Assembly: GCA_963745835.1 (NCBI GenBank)
Contig: CAVUZH010000020.1
Location: forward strand, 137,040-201,039
Reading direction: 5' to 3'
Origin: an uncultured delta proteobacterium
GTDB taxonomy: Bacteria; Desulfobacterota; Binatia; UBA9968
Length of the DNA stretch: 64,000 nt
Shown: positions 11,165-21,243 of the stretch, piece by piece
Position numbering within the stretch: position 1 is the first letter of the stretch
Layout: every line of letters begins with the position of its first letter
Notes under the pieces: generated by a model
The model's database searches: none
Told to the model about the DNA's origin: nothing
The model's input: only the letters and a program-made list of their open reading frames with translations
Position numbers and translations under genes: made by a program

Positions 11165-12249
11165 AACCACGGCTTGACCGCACGCACGGCGGCGACATTG
11201 ATGCTGCGGCACGAAGCGTCGGCACCGAACCTAAAGAAATCATCGATTTCAGCGCCAGCATCAATCCGCTAGGGCCGCCGCCGTCAGCGCGCAAGGCATT
11301 TATCAATAGCTATGGCGAAATCTCGCGTTATCCTGATCCCTACGGAGAAAAGCTCAGAGAAGCTCTGGCCAAGCGCCATGGAATGAAAACCGCTGAAGTG
11401 CTGGTCGGCAACGGATCGACGCAACTCCTCTATGTGTTGTGCGCGGCTCTACGGCCGCGTACGGCATTGGTCATTGGCCCGGCATTTTCCGAATACGCCA
11501 ATGCTCTGGCGCTCGCAGGGTCGAACATTCGCTCGCTTTCTCTTAGCGTGGGCGACGGTTTCCAATTCTCGACGGAAAGACTGATGGCGGCATGGGAAAA
11601 GAACTGCGACCTGCTCGTTCTCACAACGCCCAACAGTCTGACCGGTCGGTTAATTCCAAAAAAAGAAATAGAAAACATCGCTCGGCTCGCTTTGGTCAGA
11701 AAGAGTTTTGTAGTCGTGGATGAAGCATTTATCGACTTCGTCGAAGATGAATCGGTCAAGATGCTGGTGCAGCACAATCCGTTTGTGATCGTGCTGCGAT
11801 CGCTGACGAAATATTACGCGCTGCCCGGCCTTCGCCTCGGCTATCTCATCGGCCAAGCCCGCAGAGTGGCACAGCTGGCCGCCTTTCGGGAACCCTGGTC
11901 AGTCAATGGCCCGGCGATGAGCGTGGCGCTGGCCTGTCTGGCGGATGCAGGGTTTACGGCAAAGACGGAGGGCTGGTTAGAACAGGAGAGAACTTTTTTG
12001 TTCCAGGGTCTTATGAAGCTCTATGGATTCCATCCTTTCTCATCGAGAACCAATTTCTTGCTGGTCAAGATCGAGAAGCATGGTGTCGATGCGCTGGAGC
12101 TCCGTTCCTTTCTCTTGCGCAGGAAAATTCTCATTCGCGCATGCAACGGTTTTGCAGAACTGAGCGGCGGTTTCTTTCGTGTTGCAGTTCGACGCAGAAA
12201 AGACAATCGCCGGCTGCTCGGGGCACTGAGCGAATGGACGCATCTGTAA
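11101..12249 (+). CDS. cobD: L-threonine-O-3-phosphate decarboxylase (start uncertain)
   Basis: HGG, DFSASINPLG, YPDP, GNGS, VDEAFIDF, PLP-lysine motif RSLTKYYALPGLRLGY. Confidence 0.92.
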   Translation: MPAHGDSLAREFRATVNDARIKPRLDRTHGGDIDAAARSVGTEPKEIIDFSASINPLGPPPSARKAFINSYGEISRYPDPYGEKLREALAKRHGMKTAEVLVGNGSTQLLYVLCAALRPRTALVIGPAFSEYANALALAGSNIRSLSLSVGDGFQFSTERLMAAWEKNCDLLVLTTPNSLTGRLIPKKEIENIARLALVRKSFVVVDEAFIDFVEDESVKMLVQHNPFVIVLRSLTKYYALPGLRLGYLIGQARRVAQLAAFREPWSVNGPAMSVALACLADAGFTAKTEGWLEQERTFLFQGLMKLYGFHPFSSRTNFLLVKIEKHGVDALELRSFLLRRKILIRACNGFAELSGGFFRVAVRRRKDNRRLLGALSEWTHL

Positions 12250-12261
12250 TAAAGTGTTCCC

Positions 12262-12792
12262 ATGGCAACAAACATTGTCTTAATCACCGGCGGCGCGCGC
12301 TCGGGAAAAAGCCGTTATGCCGAGCAGCGCGCACGAGAATTGGGACCAAGATTGCTCTATATCGCCACCGCAGAAGTCCGGGACAAAGAAATGTGTCAGC
12401 GCATCGCGGAACATAAAAGACGACGCGGCAATGACTGGGTGACCATCGAAGAACCGCTGGAATTGACCGCAACGCTTTTAGCGCAGCGCACCCGAATGGA
12501 TTGCGCTCTGGTGGATTGTTTAACCCTTTGGCTCAGCAATCTTCTGCTTGCCTACGAGATGAAATATGCGCGGGAAAAAGTCGAACGACTTGTCGAGACC
12601 ACGAGGCAGTTGGACTTCCATCTTATGTTGGTGACCAATGAGGTCGGCTGGGGCATCGTGCCAGATAATTCGCTGGCGCGCCAATTTCGCGATCTATCAG
12701 GCTGGGCCAACCAACGGATGGCTACAGTAGCAAACGAAGTCGTTCTTATGGTTGCCGGCATTCCCATGATCGTCAAGAAAACAACCCTATGA
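12262..12792 (+). CDS. cobU: Bifunctional adenosylcobinamide kinase / GTP:AdoCbi-P guanylyltransferase
   Basis: GGARSGKS, YIATA, RIAEH..RR, LVDCLTLWLSN, VTNEVGWGIVP, FRD..G.ANQ. Confidence 0.96.
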   Translation: MATNIVLITGGARSGKSRYAEQRARELGPRLLYIATAEVRDKEMCQRIAEHKRRRGNDWVTIEEPLELTATLLAQRTRMDCALVDCLTLWLSNLLLAYEMKYAREKVERLVETTRQLDFHLMLVTNEVGWGIVPDNSLARQFRDLSGWANQRMATVANEVVLMVAGIPMIVKKTTL

Positions 12793-13844
12793 CCTTGGCC
12801 GAGACGCTCAAAGAAATCCGCCCGCTTGATCGTTCGATTGAAAGCGTCGCGCAGGAGCGCCTCGACTCTCTGACCAAGCCACAGGGAAGTCTGGGAGAAT
12901 TAGAAGTGCTAGCGCGCCGGATCGCGGTTATTCAGGGCAGAGTTCCGCCGAGGCTAGGGCGCAAAATGCTTTTTGTTTTTGCCGCAGACCACGGCATCAC
13001 ACACGAAGGCGTGAGCGCTTATCCCAGAGAAGTCACGGCGCAAATGACGTACAACTTCCTTCGCGGTGGCGCCGCAATCAACGTTTTGGCGCGCCATCAC
13101 GGCGTCGAGACCGAGATCGTGGATGTCGGCGTCGATCATGACTTCACCGGATCCCTGGGCTTACGCCACCATAAAATTCGGCGCGGTACGGCCAACTTCG
13201 CCCGCGGACCCGCGATGACTCACGGCGAGGCGGAACGGGCACTGGAGTTAGGTATTCATCTCGCCGGCGAAGTCGCCCGGGAAAATGTCTTTGTTCTGAG
13301 CGCCGGCGATATGGGAATCGGCAATACCAGCAGCGCCGCAGCCATTCTTTGCGCAATCACCGGCGCTGCCCCGGCCAATGTGGTCGGCAGGGGCACGGGA
13401 ATCGACGATACAACTCTAGAAAGAAAAATTGCCGCCATCGAGAGAGGTTTGGAAACAAATAGGCCCGACGTCCATGATGCCCTTGATGTTCTCGCCAAAA
13501 TCGGCGGCTTAGAAATCAGCGCCATGACGGGAATGATTTTAGGCGCAGCGGCGTTGCGCATACCTACGGTCTTGGATGGTTTTGTAGCGGGAGCCGCTGC
13601 GCTTCTCGCGCAAAGATTTTCTCCGCATGTGCCAGATATCCTCATCGCATCCCACCTTTCAGCCGAAAAAGGCCATCGGCAGATGCTCGAACAGCTCGAG
13701 CTGAAACCTATCTTCGATCTGAAGCTGCGCCTTGGCGAGGGTACCGGCGCCTGTATCCTTATGGGTTTGATTGAAGCCGCGGTAAAGATCATGGGCGAGA
13801 TGGCTACCTTCAAGTCTGCCGGCGTGGAAGAAAGCTTCGCGTGA
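12789..13844 (+). CDS. cobT: Nicotinate-nucleotide:dimethylbenzimidazole phosphoribosyltransferase
   Basis: LTKPQGSLGELE, FAADHG, GGAAIN, GDMGIGNTS, GRGTG, LRLGEGTGA, MATF.SAGV. Confidence 0.96.
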   Translation: MTLAETLKEIRPLDRSIESVAQERLDSLTKPQGSLGELEVLARRIAVIQGRVPPRLGRKMLFVFAADHGITHEGVSAYPREVTAQMTYNFLRGGAAINVLARHHGVETEIVDVGVDHDFTGSLGLRHHKIRRGTANFARGPAMTHGEAERALELGIHLAGEVARENVFVLSAGDMGIGNTSSAAAILCAITGAAPANVVGRGTGIDDTTLERKIAAIERGLETNRPDVHDALDVLAKIGGLEISAMTGMILGAAALRIPTVLDGFVAGAAALLAQRFSPHVPDILIASHLSAEKGHRQMLEQLELKPIFDLKLRLGEGTGACILMGLIEAAVKIMGEMATFKSAGVEESFA

Positions 13845-14572
13845 GTTCGTTTTTCGCCGCGCTGCAATTTTTGACTCTCTTCCCATGGCCCAAGCGCATC
13901 GAGCGCTGCGCCGATGAGATCGGACAATCCGCTATTTTCTTTCCCGTTGTCGGTTTCTTGTTGGGCTCAATTTTGGTGGTGGCGAACTTCCTGCTCGAGC
14001 CGTTTGCAAGCGCGATCCTCGTCAGCGTGGTTCTGGTGACCCTCATGGCGCTGCTGACACGGGGACTTCATCTGGACGGCCTCGGCGACACTTTTGACGG
14101 CTTGGGTGGCGGCGGCGATCGCGAACGCATGCTCAGGATCATGGACGACAGTCACACCGGCGCTTTCGGACTCATCGCCATCGTGTTGGTTCTATTTTTT
14201 AAGATCCATGCCATCGAAAGCCTCGAAGTCGAACGATGGCGCGCACTGCTCGCGACACCGGTTCTGGGCCGCTGGGCAATGATCCTCCTGGGCTATCGTT
14301 CTGACGCGGCAAAACAGGGACTGGGCGCGACATTGATCGATCACCTATCGGCCAAGCAATTTCTTTGGGCTACTTTGATAAGCGTGCTTTTAGTTGCCGC
14401 GATCTTGCACGGCGTCGGAATAGCGATGATGGCCTGGGTTGCGCTCTTTACGATAGCAAGCAAAATCTATTTTCACCGCCGGCTGGGCGGCGTGAGCGGC
14501 GATACGTTTGGCGCCGTTGGAGAATTGAGCGAGACGTCTGTCCTATTCTTTCTAGCTCTGGGATTGAGATGA
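13841..14572 (+). CDS. cobS: Cobalamin 5'-phosphate synthase
   Basis: ALQFLT, TRGLHLDGLGDTFDG, IMDDSHTGAFG, GGVSGDTFGA..ELSE. Confidence 0.95.
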   Translation: MSSFFAALQFLTLFPWPKRIERCADEIGQSAIFFPVVGFLLGSILVVANFLLEPFASAILVSVVLVTLMALLTRGLHLDGLGDTFDGLGGGGDRERMLRIMDDSHTGAFGLIAIVLVLFFKIHAIESLEVERWRALLATPVLGRWAMILLGYRSDAAKQGLGATLIDHLSAKQFLWATLISVLLVAAILHGVGIAMMAWVALFTIASKIYFHRRLGGVSGDTFGAVGELSETSVLFFLALGLR

Positions 14573-15483
14573 ATTGTTGTCCACGAATACTGGCTGTCTC
14601 TTTTTTTTGCGCGTTCTTACTAATCTGGTGCGGGCTCGTTCCATTAGCTGGGGCAGCGGAGCGCCAACCGCAAAAAATCGTTTCCCTCGCACCAAGCGTT
14701 ACCGAAACGCTCTTTGCGCTCGGCTTCGGCCCTCAAGTCGTTGGCGTTACGACCTATTGCGATTATCCCGTCGAAGCGCGGAAAGTTCCCAAAATCGGCG
14801 GTTTCATGAGCCCCAGTATTGAAGCCATCATTTCGAAGCGTCCGGATTTCGTGATCGGCGTCAGCAGCGCTACGGACCCGACTAAGGCTAGAGAGCTGGA
14901 ACGCTTGGGTTTTAAAGTTACGCTGATTTCGCTGGCGAGTTTGAACGATATCCTGACTTCGATCAAGGACATAGCTCGGGTGTTGGGACGTGCGGAGGCG
15001 GGGGCGAAGCTCGTAAATGAAATCACCCGTCAAATTGATGAAACCAAGAGTCGAGTTGCACCCGCGCCGCGTCGCTCCACACTTTTGGCAGTAGGGCTCC
15101 AGCCGCTGGTCGCAGTCGGAGGTAAAAACTATATCGACGAGCTGATTACTTTGGCCGGCGGTGAAAATATCGCTGGCAATGCGGCGCAACCCTGGCTCAA
15201 TTTACCCGACGAATATGTAGTAGGCAAAGCGCCGCAGGTTATTATCCAAGCCGGTATGGGATCGGAGCGGGGGGCATCGATCAAGAACTGGCGAGATCTG
15301 AAATCCATTCCCGCAGTGAGAGATGGGCGCGTCTACTCCTATCAATCCGATAAAATTCTCCGCCCCGGCCCGCGCGTCGGCGAGGGATTGCGAGAAATCG
15401 CCCGCCTGGTGCATCCGGAATGTTTCGCGAAATCCGAGCGCGGCCCAAATAGTGAGAGCAGATGTGAAAGTTCTCGACCGTAG
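14569..15483 (+). CDS. btuF: Cobalamin ABC transporter substrate-binding protein
   Basis: KIVSLAPSVTETLFALG...VVGVTTYCDYP, AGGENI, RPGPR. Start set at ATG 14569 (ATGA overlap with cobS). Confidence 0.9.
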   Translation: MNCCPRILAVSFFCAFLLIWCGLVPLAGAAERQPQKIVSLAPSVTETLFALGFGPQVVGVTTYCDYPVEARKVPKIGGFMSPSIEAIISKRPDFVIGVSSATDPTKARELERLGFKVTLISLASLNDILTSIKDIARVLGRAEAGAKLVNEITRQIDETKSRVAPAPRRSTLLAVGLQPLVAVGGKNYIDELITLAGGENIAGNAAQPWLNLPDEYVVGKAPQVIIQAGMGSERGASIKNWRDLKSIPAVRDGRVYSYQSDKILRPGPRVGEGLREIARLVHPECFAKSERGPNSESRCESSRP

Positions 15484-16501
15484 AAAAATGATTTGGGTTA
15501 ACGGCGTGCTGCTGGCTCTGCTGGCACTCTCCGTCGTTGGCTGCACGTTATTTGGCCCGGTTCGCGTAAACCTAGCGAACGTTTGGAGTAACCTGTTTTC
15601 GGCCAATCCGGATGCTCAGATAGTTTTTCGCGCACGGCTTCCACGCGTTCTTCTGGGAGTCGCCATCGGCGGCGGCATGGCGGCCTGCGGCGTCGTCCTT
15701 CAAGCGCTGCTCGGCAATCCGCTAGCGTGTCCGCAGATGCTCGGAGTTTCCGGCGGCGCTTCTTTGGGCGGCATCTTGGGTTTGATCTTTTTTCCTTACT
15801 GGCTCGTGCCTATCGGCGGAGGTCTTTTTGGTGAAATCTCTTGGGTGCCACTGGCGGCGTTTCTCGGCGCGCTCATGAGCATGGTATTGGTTTATCGTTT
15901 CTCACTATTCCACGGCCGTCTTCATCCGTATCACTTGCTGCTCTCCGGGGTGATTTTCAACTCGTTCATCGCAGCCGTCATTATGTTCCTGAACTCCATA
16001 GTCGATTTTTATCAGGCCCAAGGGCTTCTCTTCTGGCTGATGGGTAGCCTGTCGACACGCACATATATGACCGTCGCTTTCATCTGGGCCTACATCATTT
16101 GTGGTTTTCTCTGGCTATGGGCAAAAGGCGTTTCACTCAACCTCATCACTCTCGGAGAAGTGACAGCAATGCAATTGGGCGTAGAAACCAAATCTCTCCA
16201 GCGGCAGATTTTTGTTGCTTCATCGTTGATGATCGGCGCCATGGTTTCGGTAAGCGGCATGATCGGCTTTGTCGGGCTGATGATCCCGCACGTGATGCGC
16301 CTGATGGTCGGCAGCGATCACCGCCTGCTTTTGCCGGCCTCGTTTCTCGCCGGCGGAATCTTCCTGTGTTGGGCGGACACTGTCGCGCGCGTGCTGCTCG
16401 CGCCGGCGGAGTTGCCAGTGGGAATCATAACCGCGTTCTTTGGTGGTCCATTCTTTTTGTTTTTGCTCTACCGGGAGGGCAGAAGAAAGCTGGCTTTATG
16501 A
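15464..16501 (+). CDS. btuC: FecCD-family ABC permease (B12 uptake)
   Basis: RLPRVLL, LQALLGNPLA.P..LGVSGGA, FWLMGSL, SGMIGFVGL.IPH..R, ELPVGIITA..GGPFF. Confidence 0.9.
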   Translation: MKVLDRRKMIWVNGVLLALLALSVVGCTLFGPVRVNLANVWSNLFSANPDAQIVFRARLPRVLLGVAIGGGMAACGVVLQALLGNPLACPQMLGVSGGASLGGILGLIFFPYWLVPIGGGLFGEISWVPLAAFLGALMSMVLVYRFSLFHGRLHPYHLLLSGVIFNSFIAAVIMFLNSIVDFYQAQGLLFWLMGSLSTRTYMTVAFIWAYIICGFLWLWAKGVSLNLITLGEVTAMQLGVETKSLQRQIFVASSLMIGAMVSVSGMIGFVGLMIPHVMRLMVGSDHRLLLPASFLAGGIFLCWADTVARVLLAPAELPVGIITAFFGGPFFLFLLYREGRRKLAL

Positions 16502-17286
16502 CGCTGGCGATTGAGTGCCGTAAGCTCTCGTTCGCTTACAAAGATCGGTCAGTGCTTTTTAGCATCTCATTGTCGGTTGCGAGAGGCGAAATCGTCGGCA
16601 TTCTTGGTCCCAACGGCTCGGGGAAAACGACTCTCCTGAAGATTTTTTCCGGGATTCTGAGCGGGCGAGGAGAGATTAAGTTAACTGGCAAAGATATTGC
16701 CCGTTACGGCAGGCGATCGTTGAGCAAGATTTTTGCCATTGTGCCGCAAGAAAACCGAGTCAATTTTCCGTACACGGTAGCGGAAATCGTCTTAATGGGA
16801 CGAGCCAGCTATCACCGCGCGTTTGCGCTCGAGGGCAAAGAAGACCTCGACGTCGCCCGTGCAAGCATGGAGCTCACGGATTCGCTCTTCCTCTCCGATC
16901 GCTATTTCCACGAACTGAGCGGTGGCGAAAAACAACGGGTGATGATCGCGCGCGCGCTTGCGCAACAGCCGGAAATATTACTCCTGGATGAGCCCTCTGC
17001 ATTTCTCGACCTGAAGCATCAAATCCAGATCTTCGAGCTTCTGCGGCGACTCAATTCAGAGCGCGGGCTGACCATCGTTGCCGCGCTGCATGATCTCAAT
17101 CTCGCGGCGCTGTTCTTTCCCCGCCTGATCATTCTCGACAAAGGAAAAATTCACTGCGACGGATCGCCAGCGGAAGTTTTGACGGAACGAACGATCGAAG
17201 AAGTTTATGATATTCGAGTTCGAATCGAACGCGATCTTTCCGGCAAAAAACCTCGTCTGTTCATTTCCCCTTGGTTAAAGGAGTAA
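16498..17286 (+). CDS. btuD: ABC transporter ATPase (B12/heme type)
   Basis: Walker A GPNGSGKT, LSGGEKQR, Walker B LLLDEP, LHDLN. Start at ATG 16498, overlapping the btuC stop. Confidence 0.9.
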   Translation: MTLAIECRKLSFAYKDRSVLFSISLSVARGEIVGILGPNGSGKTTLLKIFSGILSGRGEIKLTGKDIARYGRRSLSKIFAIVPQENRVNFPYTVAEIVLMGRASYHRAFALEGKEDLDVARASMELTDSLFLSDRYFHELSGGEKQRVMIARALAQQPEILLLDEPSAFLDLKHQIQIFELLRRLNSERGLTIVAALHDLNLAALFFPRLIILDKGKIHCDGSPAEVLTERTIEEVYDIRVRIERDLSGKKPRLFISPWLKE

Positions 17287-17292
17287 TCTGGC

Positions 17293-18444
17293 TTATCGGT
17301 TGGCAGTTCTATATCCCAACGCGTCTTGAGCGATGATCATCTTCTGCACGTTCGAGGAGCCTTCGACGATTTGATAGGACTTGGCATCTCTATAGTAACG
17401 CTCAACCGGGAATTCGGTGGAATAGCCGTAAGCGCCTAGGATCTTCATAGCCGCATCGACGGCAAATGCCGCAGCTTCTGCCGCGGTGTATTTTCCAATC
17501 GAAGTTTCGAGATTGTTGGGCTTTTTTTGGTCGGCAAGCCACGCCGCGCGGTACACGAGCAGGCGCGCCGCGTCTTCATGCACCACCATCTGTGCGATCA
17601 GGTCCTGGTTCATTTGAAACTCGCCGATCTTTTGGCCGAACTGAGTGCGCTCTTTTGCATAATTAATCGCGGCTTCTTTGGCGGCGCGGGCGAGACCCAA
17701 CGCGCCGGCAGCGCAGTTGAGCCGGGTCTGATTTAATTGCCACATGCAGATCTTAAAGCCGTCTCCTTCATCACCGAGACGATTGTTTACAGGCAGGCGA
17801 AAATTTTCGAAGGTAAGCTCCCCCAGGGGTGAACAATGGGCGCCCATGGTTTCGAGCGGTTTTCGAGTCACGCCCGGCAGGCGCAGATCGGCATAGAAGG
17901 CAGTCATGCCGCGATGTTTTTTTGAACGGTCGGTATACGTGTAGAGCAGACCGCCATCGGCCACCGGCCCGTTGGAGATCCACAGTTTGGTGCCGTTGAT
18001 CGCATAGTGATCGCCGTCCCGTGTCGCCGTCGTGCGCATCGCCGCCACATCCGATCCGGCGTCAGGTTCGGTGATGGCAAAGCAACCGATGCTGTCCCCT
18101 TGCACCAGGGGCGGTATCCACTGCTGCTTCTGCTCTTCGCTAGCGAACTGTAGCAACGCGAGCGCCGGACCGATTTGCATATTGATGGCAACTCTCATGG
18201 CGCTATGAACGCGGGCAATCTCTTCTGTAATGAGCACCATCGCAAGAAACCCCATGCCATTGCCACCGTATTTTTCCGGGATCACGCTACCGTAAAATCC
18301 GAGTTCGCCCATCTTCTTTACCAGGTCACCTCTAAAAGCATGCTCTCGATCGTCCTTGGCCGCTGTCGGCGCCACTTCCTTTTCAGCGAACTCCCGCGCC
18401 AGATCGCGTACCGCAACTAAGTCATCCGTTAACTCAAAATCCAT
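17293..18444 (-). CDS. Acyl-CoA dehydrogenase, resembling non-decarboxylating glutaryl-CoA dehydrogenase
   Basis: ITEPDAGSD, NGTKLWISNG, ERTQFG, ILGAYGYSTE, catalytic IVEG; SAMRVAIN segment. Confidence 0.9.
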   Translation of the reverse strand: MDFELTDDLVAVRDLAREFAEKEVAPTAAKDDREHAFRGDLVKKMGELGFYGSVIPEKYGGNGMGFLAMVLITEEIARVHSAMRVAINMQIGPALALLQFASEEQKQQWIPPLVQGDSIGCFAITEPDAGSDVAAMRTTATRDGDHYAINGTKLWISNGPVADGGLLYTYTDRSKKHRGMTAFYADLRLPGVTRKPLETMGAHCSPLGELTFENFRLPVNNRLGDEGDGFKICMWQLNQTRLNCAAGALGLARAAKEAAINYAKERTQFGQKIGEFQMNQDLIAQMVVHEDAARLLVYRAAWLADQKKPNNLETSIGKYTAAEAAAFAVDAAMKILGAYGYSTEFPVERYYRDAKSYQIVEGSSNVQKMIIAQDALGYRTANR

Positions 18445-18665
18445 TTTTCCTCCGTTGCGAAGGCTGATAGCCGTTGGCTGTTGCCGGTTGCCTCCTTATT
18501 TCATCAATTCCTTAGGGCAAACACGGCAAAACCGGAGCACCAATTTCTTCGGCTGCCGCTCCTTAACTTTTAGTGTAACGCGAATTGATCGCAAGTCGCG
18601 CCGGTGACCGGAACGGTTTGATCAGTCCGAGCAATCACGGTGGGCTGACCCCATCAACAAAGCGT

Positions 18666-21125
18666 TTAGGTTTCGGTCGTTAGCGAAGGATCGTGCCGAA
18701 CTCCGGCTGCGTTGATCTGCCGCTGCCGCTCGGCAAAGTGCGTCAGCTTTTGTTCAACCAACGCGTTGATCGATCCCGCTGGAAACTTACCTGCGGTATT
18801 GCGTGTCCCGGCGACAACATCGGTCAGCACCTCGATGCCCTGGTCGATGGATTGCACCGCGTAGATGTGAAACTTTTCCTCTGCCACTGCTTGGACGACA
18901 TCGGCGCGCAACATCAGATTACGCAAGTTCGATATCGGCACGAGCACGCCTTGGTCTCCGGTCAAGCCTTTTACCCGGCAGAGATCGTAAAAACCCTCGA
19001 TCTTACGATTGATGCCGCCGATCGCTTGAATTTCTCCGTTTTGATTAACTGAGCCGGTGACGGCGATATTCTGTTTCAACGGGACGCCCGAGAGACTCGA
19101 GAGAATTGCATAAAGCTCGGTGGAAGAAGCGCTGTCGCCGTCAACGCCATCGTAAGACTGTTCAAAGCAGATACTCGCCGAAAGCGACAGGGGTTTTTCC
19201 TGAGCATACTTGCCGCCGAGATAGCCGCTCAGGATCAGAACTCCCTTATCGTGGCTTTTGCCGCTGAGCTTAGCTTCGCGTTCGATATTGACCAGCCCGC
19301 CCCGGCCCATGTAAGTCTTCGCGGTAATGCGGGACGGCTTGCCAAAACTGAAATCACCCATCTGGTAGACCGCCAAGCCATTGATTTGTCCGACCTCCGA
19401 TCCCTGGACCTCTACCAGAATCGTTCCGTCGGTGATCAATTCCTGCAGGCGTTTCTCCAAAAGGTTTAAGCGGAAGGTCTTCTCGAGAATAGCTTGCTCG
19501 ACGTGCTTGGCTGATACCAGTTCCGCTTTCTCTCTGCCGGCCCAGTATTCCGATTCAATCAACAGGTCAACGGTATCGCTAAAACGGGTCGAGAGTTTTT
19601 CCTGATCTTCGACCATCCTGACGCAGTGCTCGATCACTCGCGCCACTCCGCTGGTATCGAAATGGCGTAAGCCTTCGCGGCTGCAGTAATCGCTGATAAA
19701 ACAAGCGAACGCGGTGATGTTTTGTTGCGAACGGTCCACTTGAAAGTCAAAGTCCGCTTTGACTTTGAACGTCTCGCGGAAATCTGGATCGGTGCTTGCC
19801 AAAGCGCGATACAGGTGAGGATCGCCGATAATGATGACTTTGGTATCGGTGGGGATCGGTTCCGGCCTTAGTCCCTGGGGCGGCGCCCAACCGAAAAACG
19901 CTGCCGGCTCTTCGATCCGCAGCTCGCGATTCTTGATCACCCGCAATAGTGCTTCCCAAACACCCGCGTTGGCCAGGACATCACGATCGTAAAGAACAAT
20001 ATAGCCGCCGTTCGCTTTGCTCATAGAGCCGGCTTTAATGAGCGTAAAGTCAGTTATGTAACCGCCTACCACCGGCTTTTTCTCAACGACACCAAAAAGA
20101 TTGTGATAGCTGGGATTGGTCTCGACAATGATCGGCGGACCTTGAACGTCGCTGTTATCGACGATGACATTTACCCGATAGGGAAGAAATGGGTCGGTTA
20201 CGGGTTCCGCCATCTGCACCGGCAGCAACTGTGCCGCGGCGGCATCAGGCTCGGCAGCCTTGAAGCGATGTAGACTGTTCAAGATGTGATCGCGCACACC
20301 ATCGAAATAGCGTAACAGCTTTAGATTATCGCTATATTTTTCTCTCAACTCCGCTAGCGGGATGGCGACCAGGTATTCGCCAGCTTTTTTTTCCAGCTCT
20401 TCAAGTCTTTGGTTGATTTCGTGCTCTACTTTCTTCCCTTCGCGCAAAGTCTCTTCCACCCTTTTGCCTATTTCAGAGCGCTTATCCTCCAGCGCTTTCT
20501 TCTGTTCAGGTGGCAACGCGAGGTAATCAGCCTCTTGCATCGGTTTGCCTTCTTTCGTTGGCAGCAGCGCAACTCCGGATGGAGTCATCCGCAACGTGAA
20601 GCCGTTTTTGTCGGCCTCGGCCATCAACGGCTCCATCAGGCCTTGTTGCTTTCTCTGCAGCTCTTCCACGAGTGACTGGCGATCACGTGCGAATTCGTCC
20701 CCTTCAAACACTCTTCTGCCTTCCCGTTGCAGATATTGAATCAGCTGTTCCATGTCGGATTTCAGGACCTTTCCCCAGCCTCGACGCATCTTGATAAACT
20801 GCGGGCGATCCGGATCGGTAAAATTGTAAACATAGCACCAGTCCGCAGGCGATTCGGCATCAGCCTGAACCGGAGCGCGTTCGGCGGTTGCTTTCTTGAG
20901 AAAGGCTTTGACGATGCTGGTTTTTCCGGTTCCGGTTAGCCCGGTAACAAAAATATTGAAGCCGGGTTTATTGACGCCGAGGCCGAATTGGATCGCGCGA
21001 ATCGCCCGATCCTGACCGATAAAGTCCTCCAGCGGCGTCATCTCCGCCGTGCACGTGAAGGGTAGATAGGATAAATCGCAACGCCAGGACAGCTTGTCTG
21101 GCGGAACTTCAAATTTACGCGCCAT
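18666..21125 (-). CDS. Lon-family (LonC/AAA_32-type) protease
   Basis: FIGQDRA, GLTGTGKT, coiled coil, GQINGL, Ser-Lys dyad DGDSASS...GGINRKIEG. Likely start MARKFEV at 21125. Confidence 0.9.
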   Translation of the reverse strand: MARKFEVPPDKLSWRCDLSYLPFTCTAEMTPLEDFIGQDRAIRAIQFGLGVNKPGFNIFVTGLTGTGKTSIVKAFLKKATAERAPVQADAESPADWCYVYNFTDPDRPQFIKMRRGWGKVLKSDMEQLIQYLQREGRRVFEGDEFARDRQSLVEELQRKQQGLMEPLMAEADKNGFTLRMTPSGVALLPTKEGKPMQEADYLALPPEQKKALEDKRSEIGKRVEETLREGKKVEHEINQRLEELEKKAGEYLVAIPLAELREKYSDNLKLLRYFDGVRDHILNSLHRFKAAEPDAAAAQLLPVQMAEPVTDPFLPYRVNVIVDNSDVQGPPIIVETNPSYHNLFGVVEKKPVVGGYITDFTLIKAGSMSKANGGYIVLYDRDVLANAGVWEALLRVIKNRELRIEEPAAFFGWAPPQGLRPEPIPTDTKVIIIGDPHLYRALASTDPDFRETFKVKADFDFQVDRSQQNITAFACFISDYCSREGLRHFDTSGVARVIEHCVRMVEDQEKLSTRFSDTVDLLIESEYWAGREKAELVSAKHVEQAILEKTFRLNLLEKRLQELITDGTILVEVQGSEVGQINGLAVYQMGDFSFGKPSRITAKTYMGRGGLVNIEREAKLSGKSHDKGVLILSGYLGGKYAQEKPLSLSASICFEQSYDGVDGDSASSTELYAILSSLSGVPLKQNIAVTGSVNQNGEIQAIGGINRKIEGFYDLCRVKGLTGDQGVLVPISNLRNLMLRADVVQAVAEEKFHIYAVQSIDQGIEVLTDVVAGTRNTAGKFPAGSINALVEQKLTHFAERQRQINAAGVRHDPSLTTET

Positions 21126-21243
21126 GAAAATACCTCGAGTTGGTCGAGTCAGAATATGGGGTCCATGAGAAAGCGTCAACCTGCTCAGCGTTTGCTGGAG
21201 CAACGCGGTTGAACCGTCTCCGGCGCCTCACTATAATCTTCGA

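Noticed and set aside
7863-14572. De novo cobalamin biosynthesis cluster
   Set aside because: No precorrin methyltransferases or cobalt chelatase in the window; only late and salvage steps are present.
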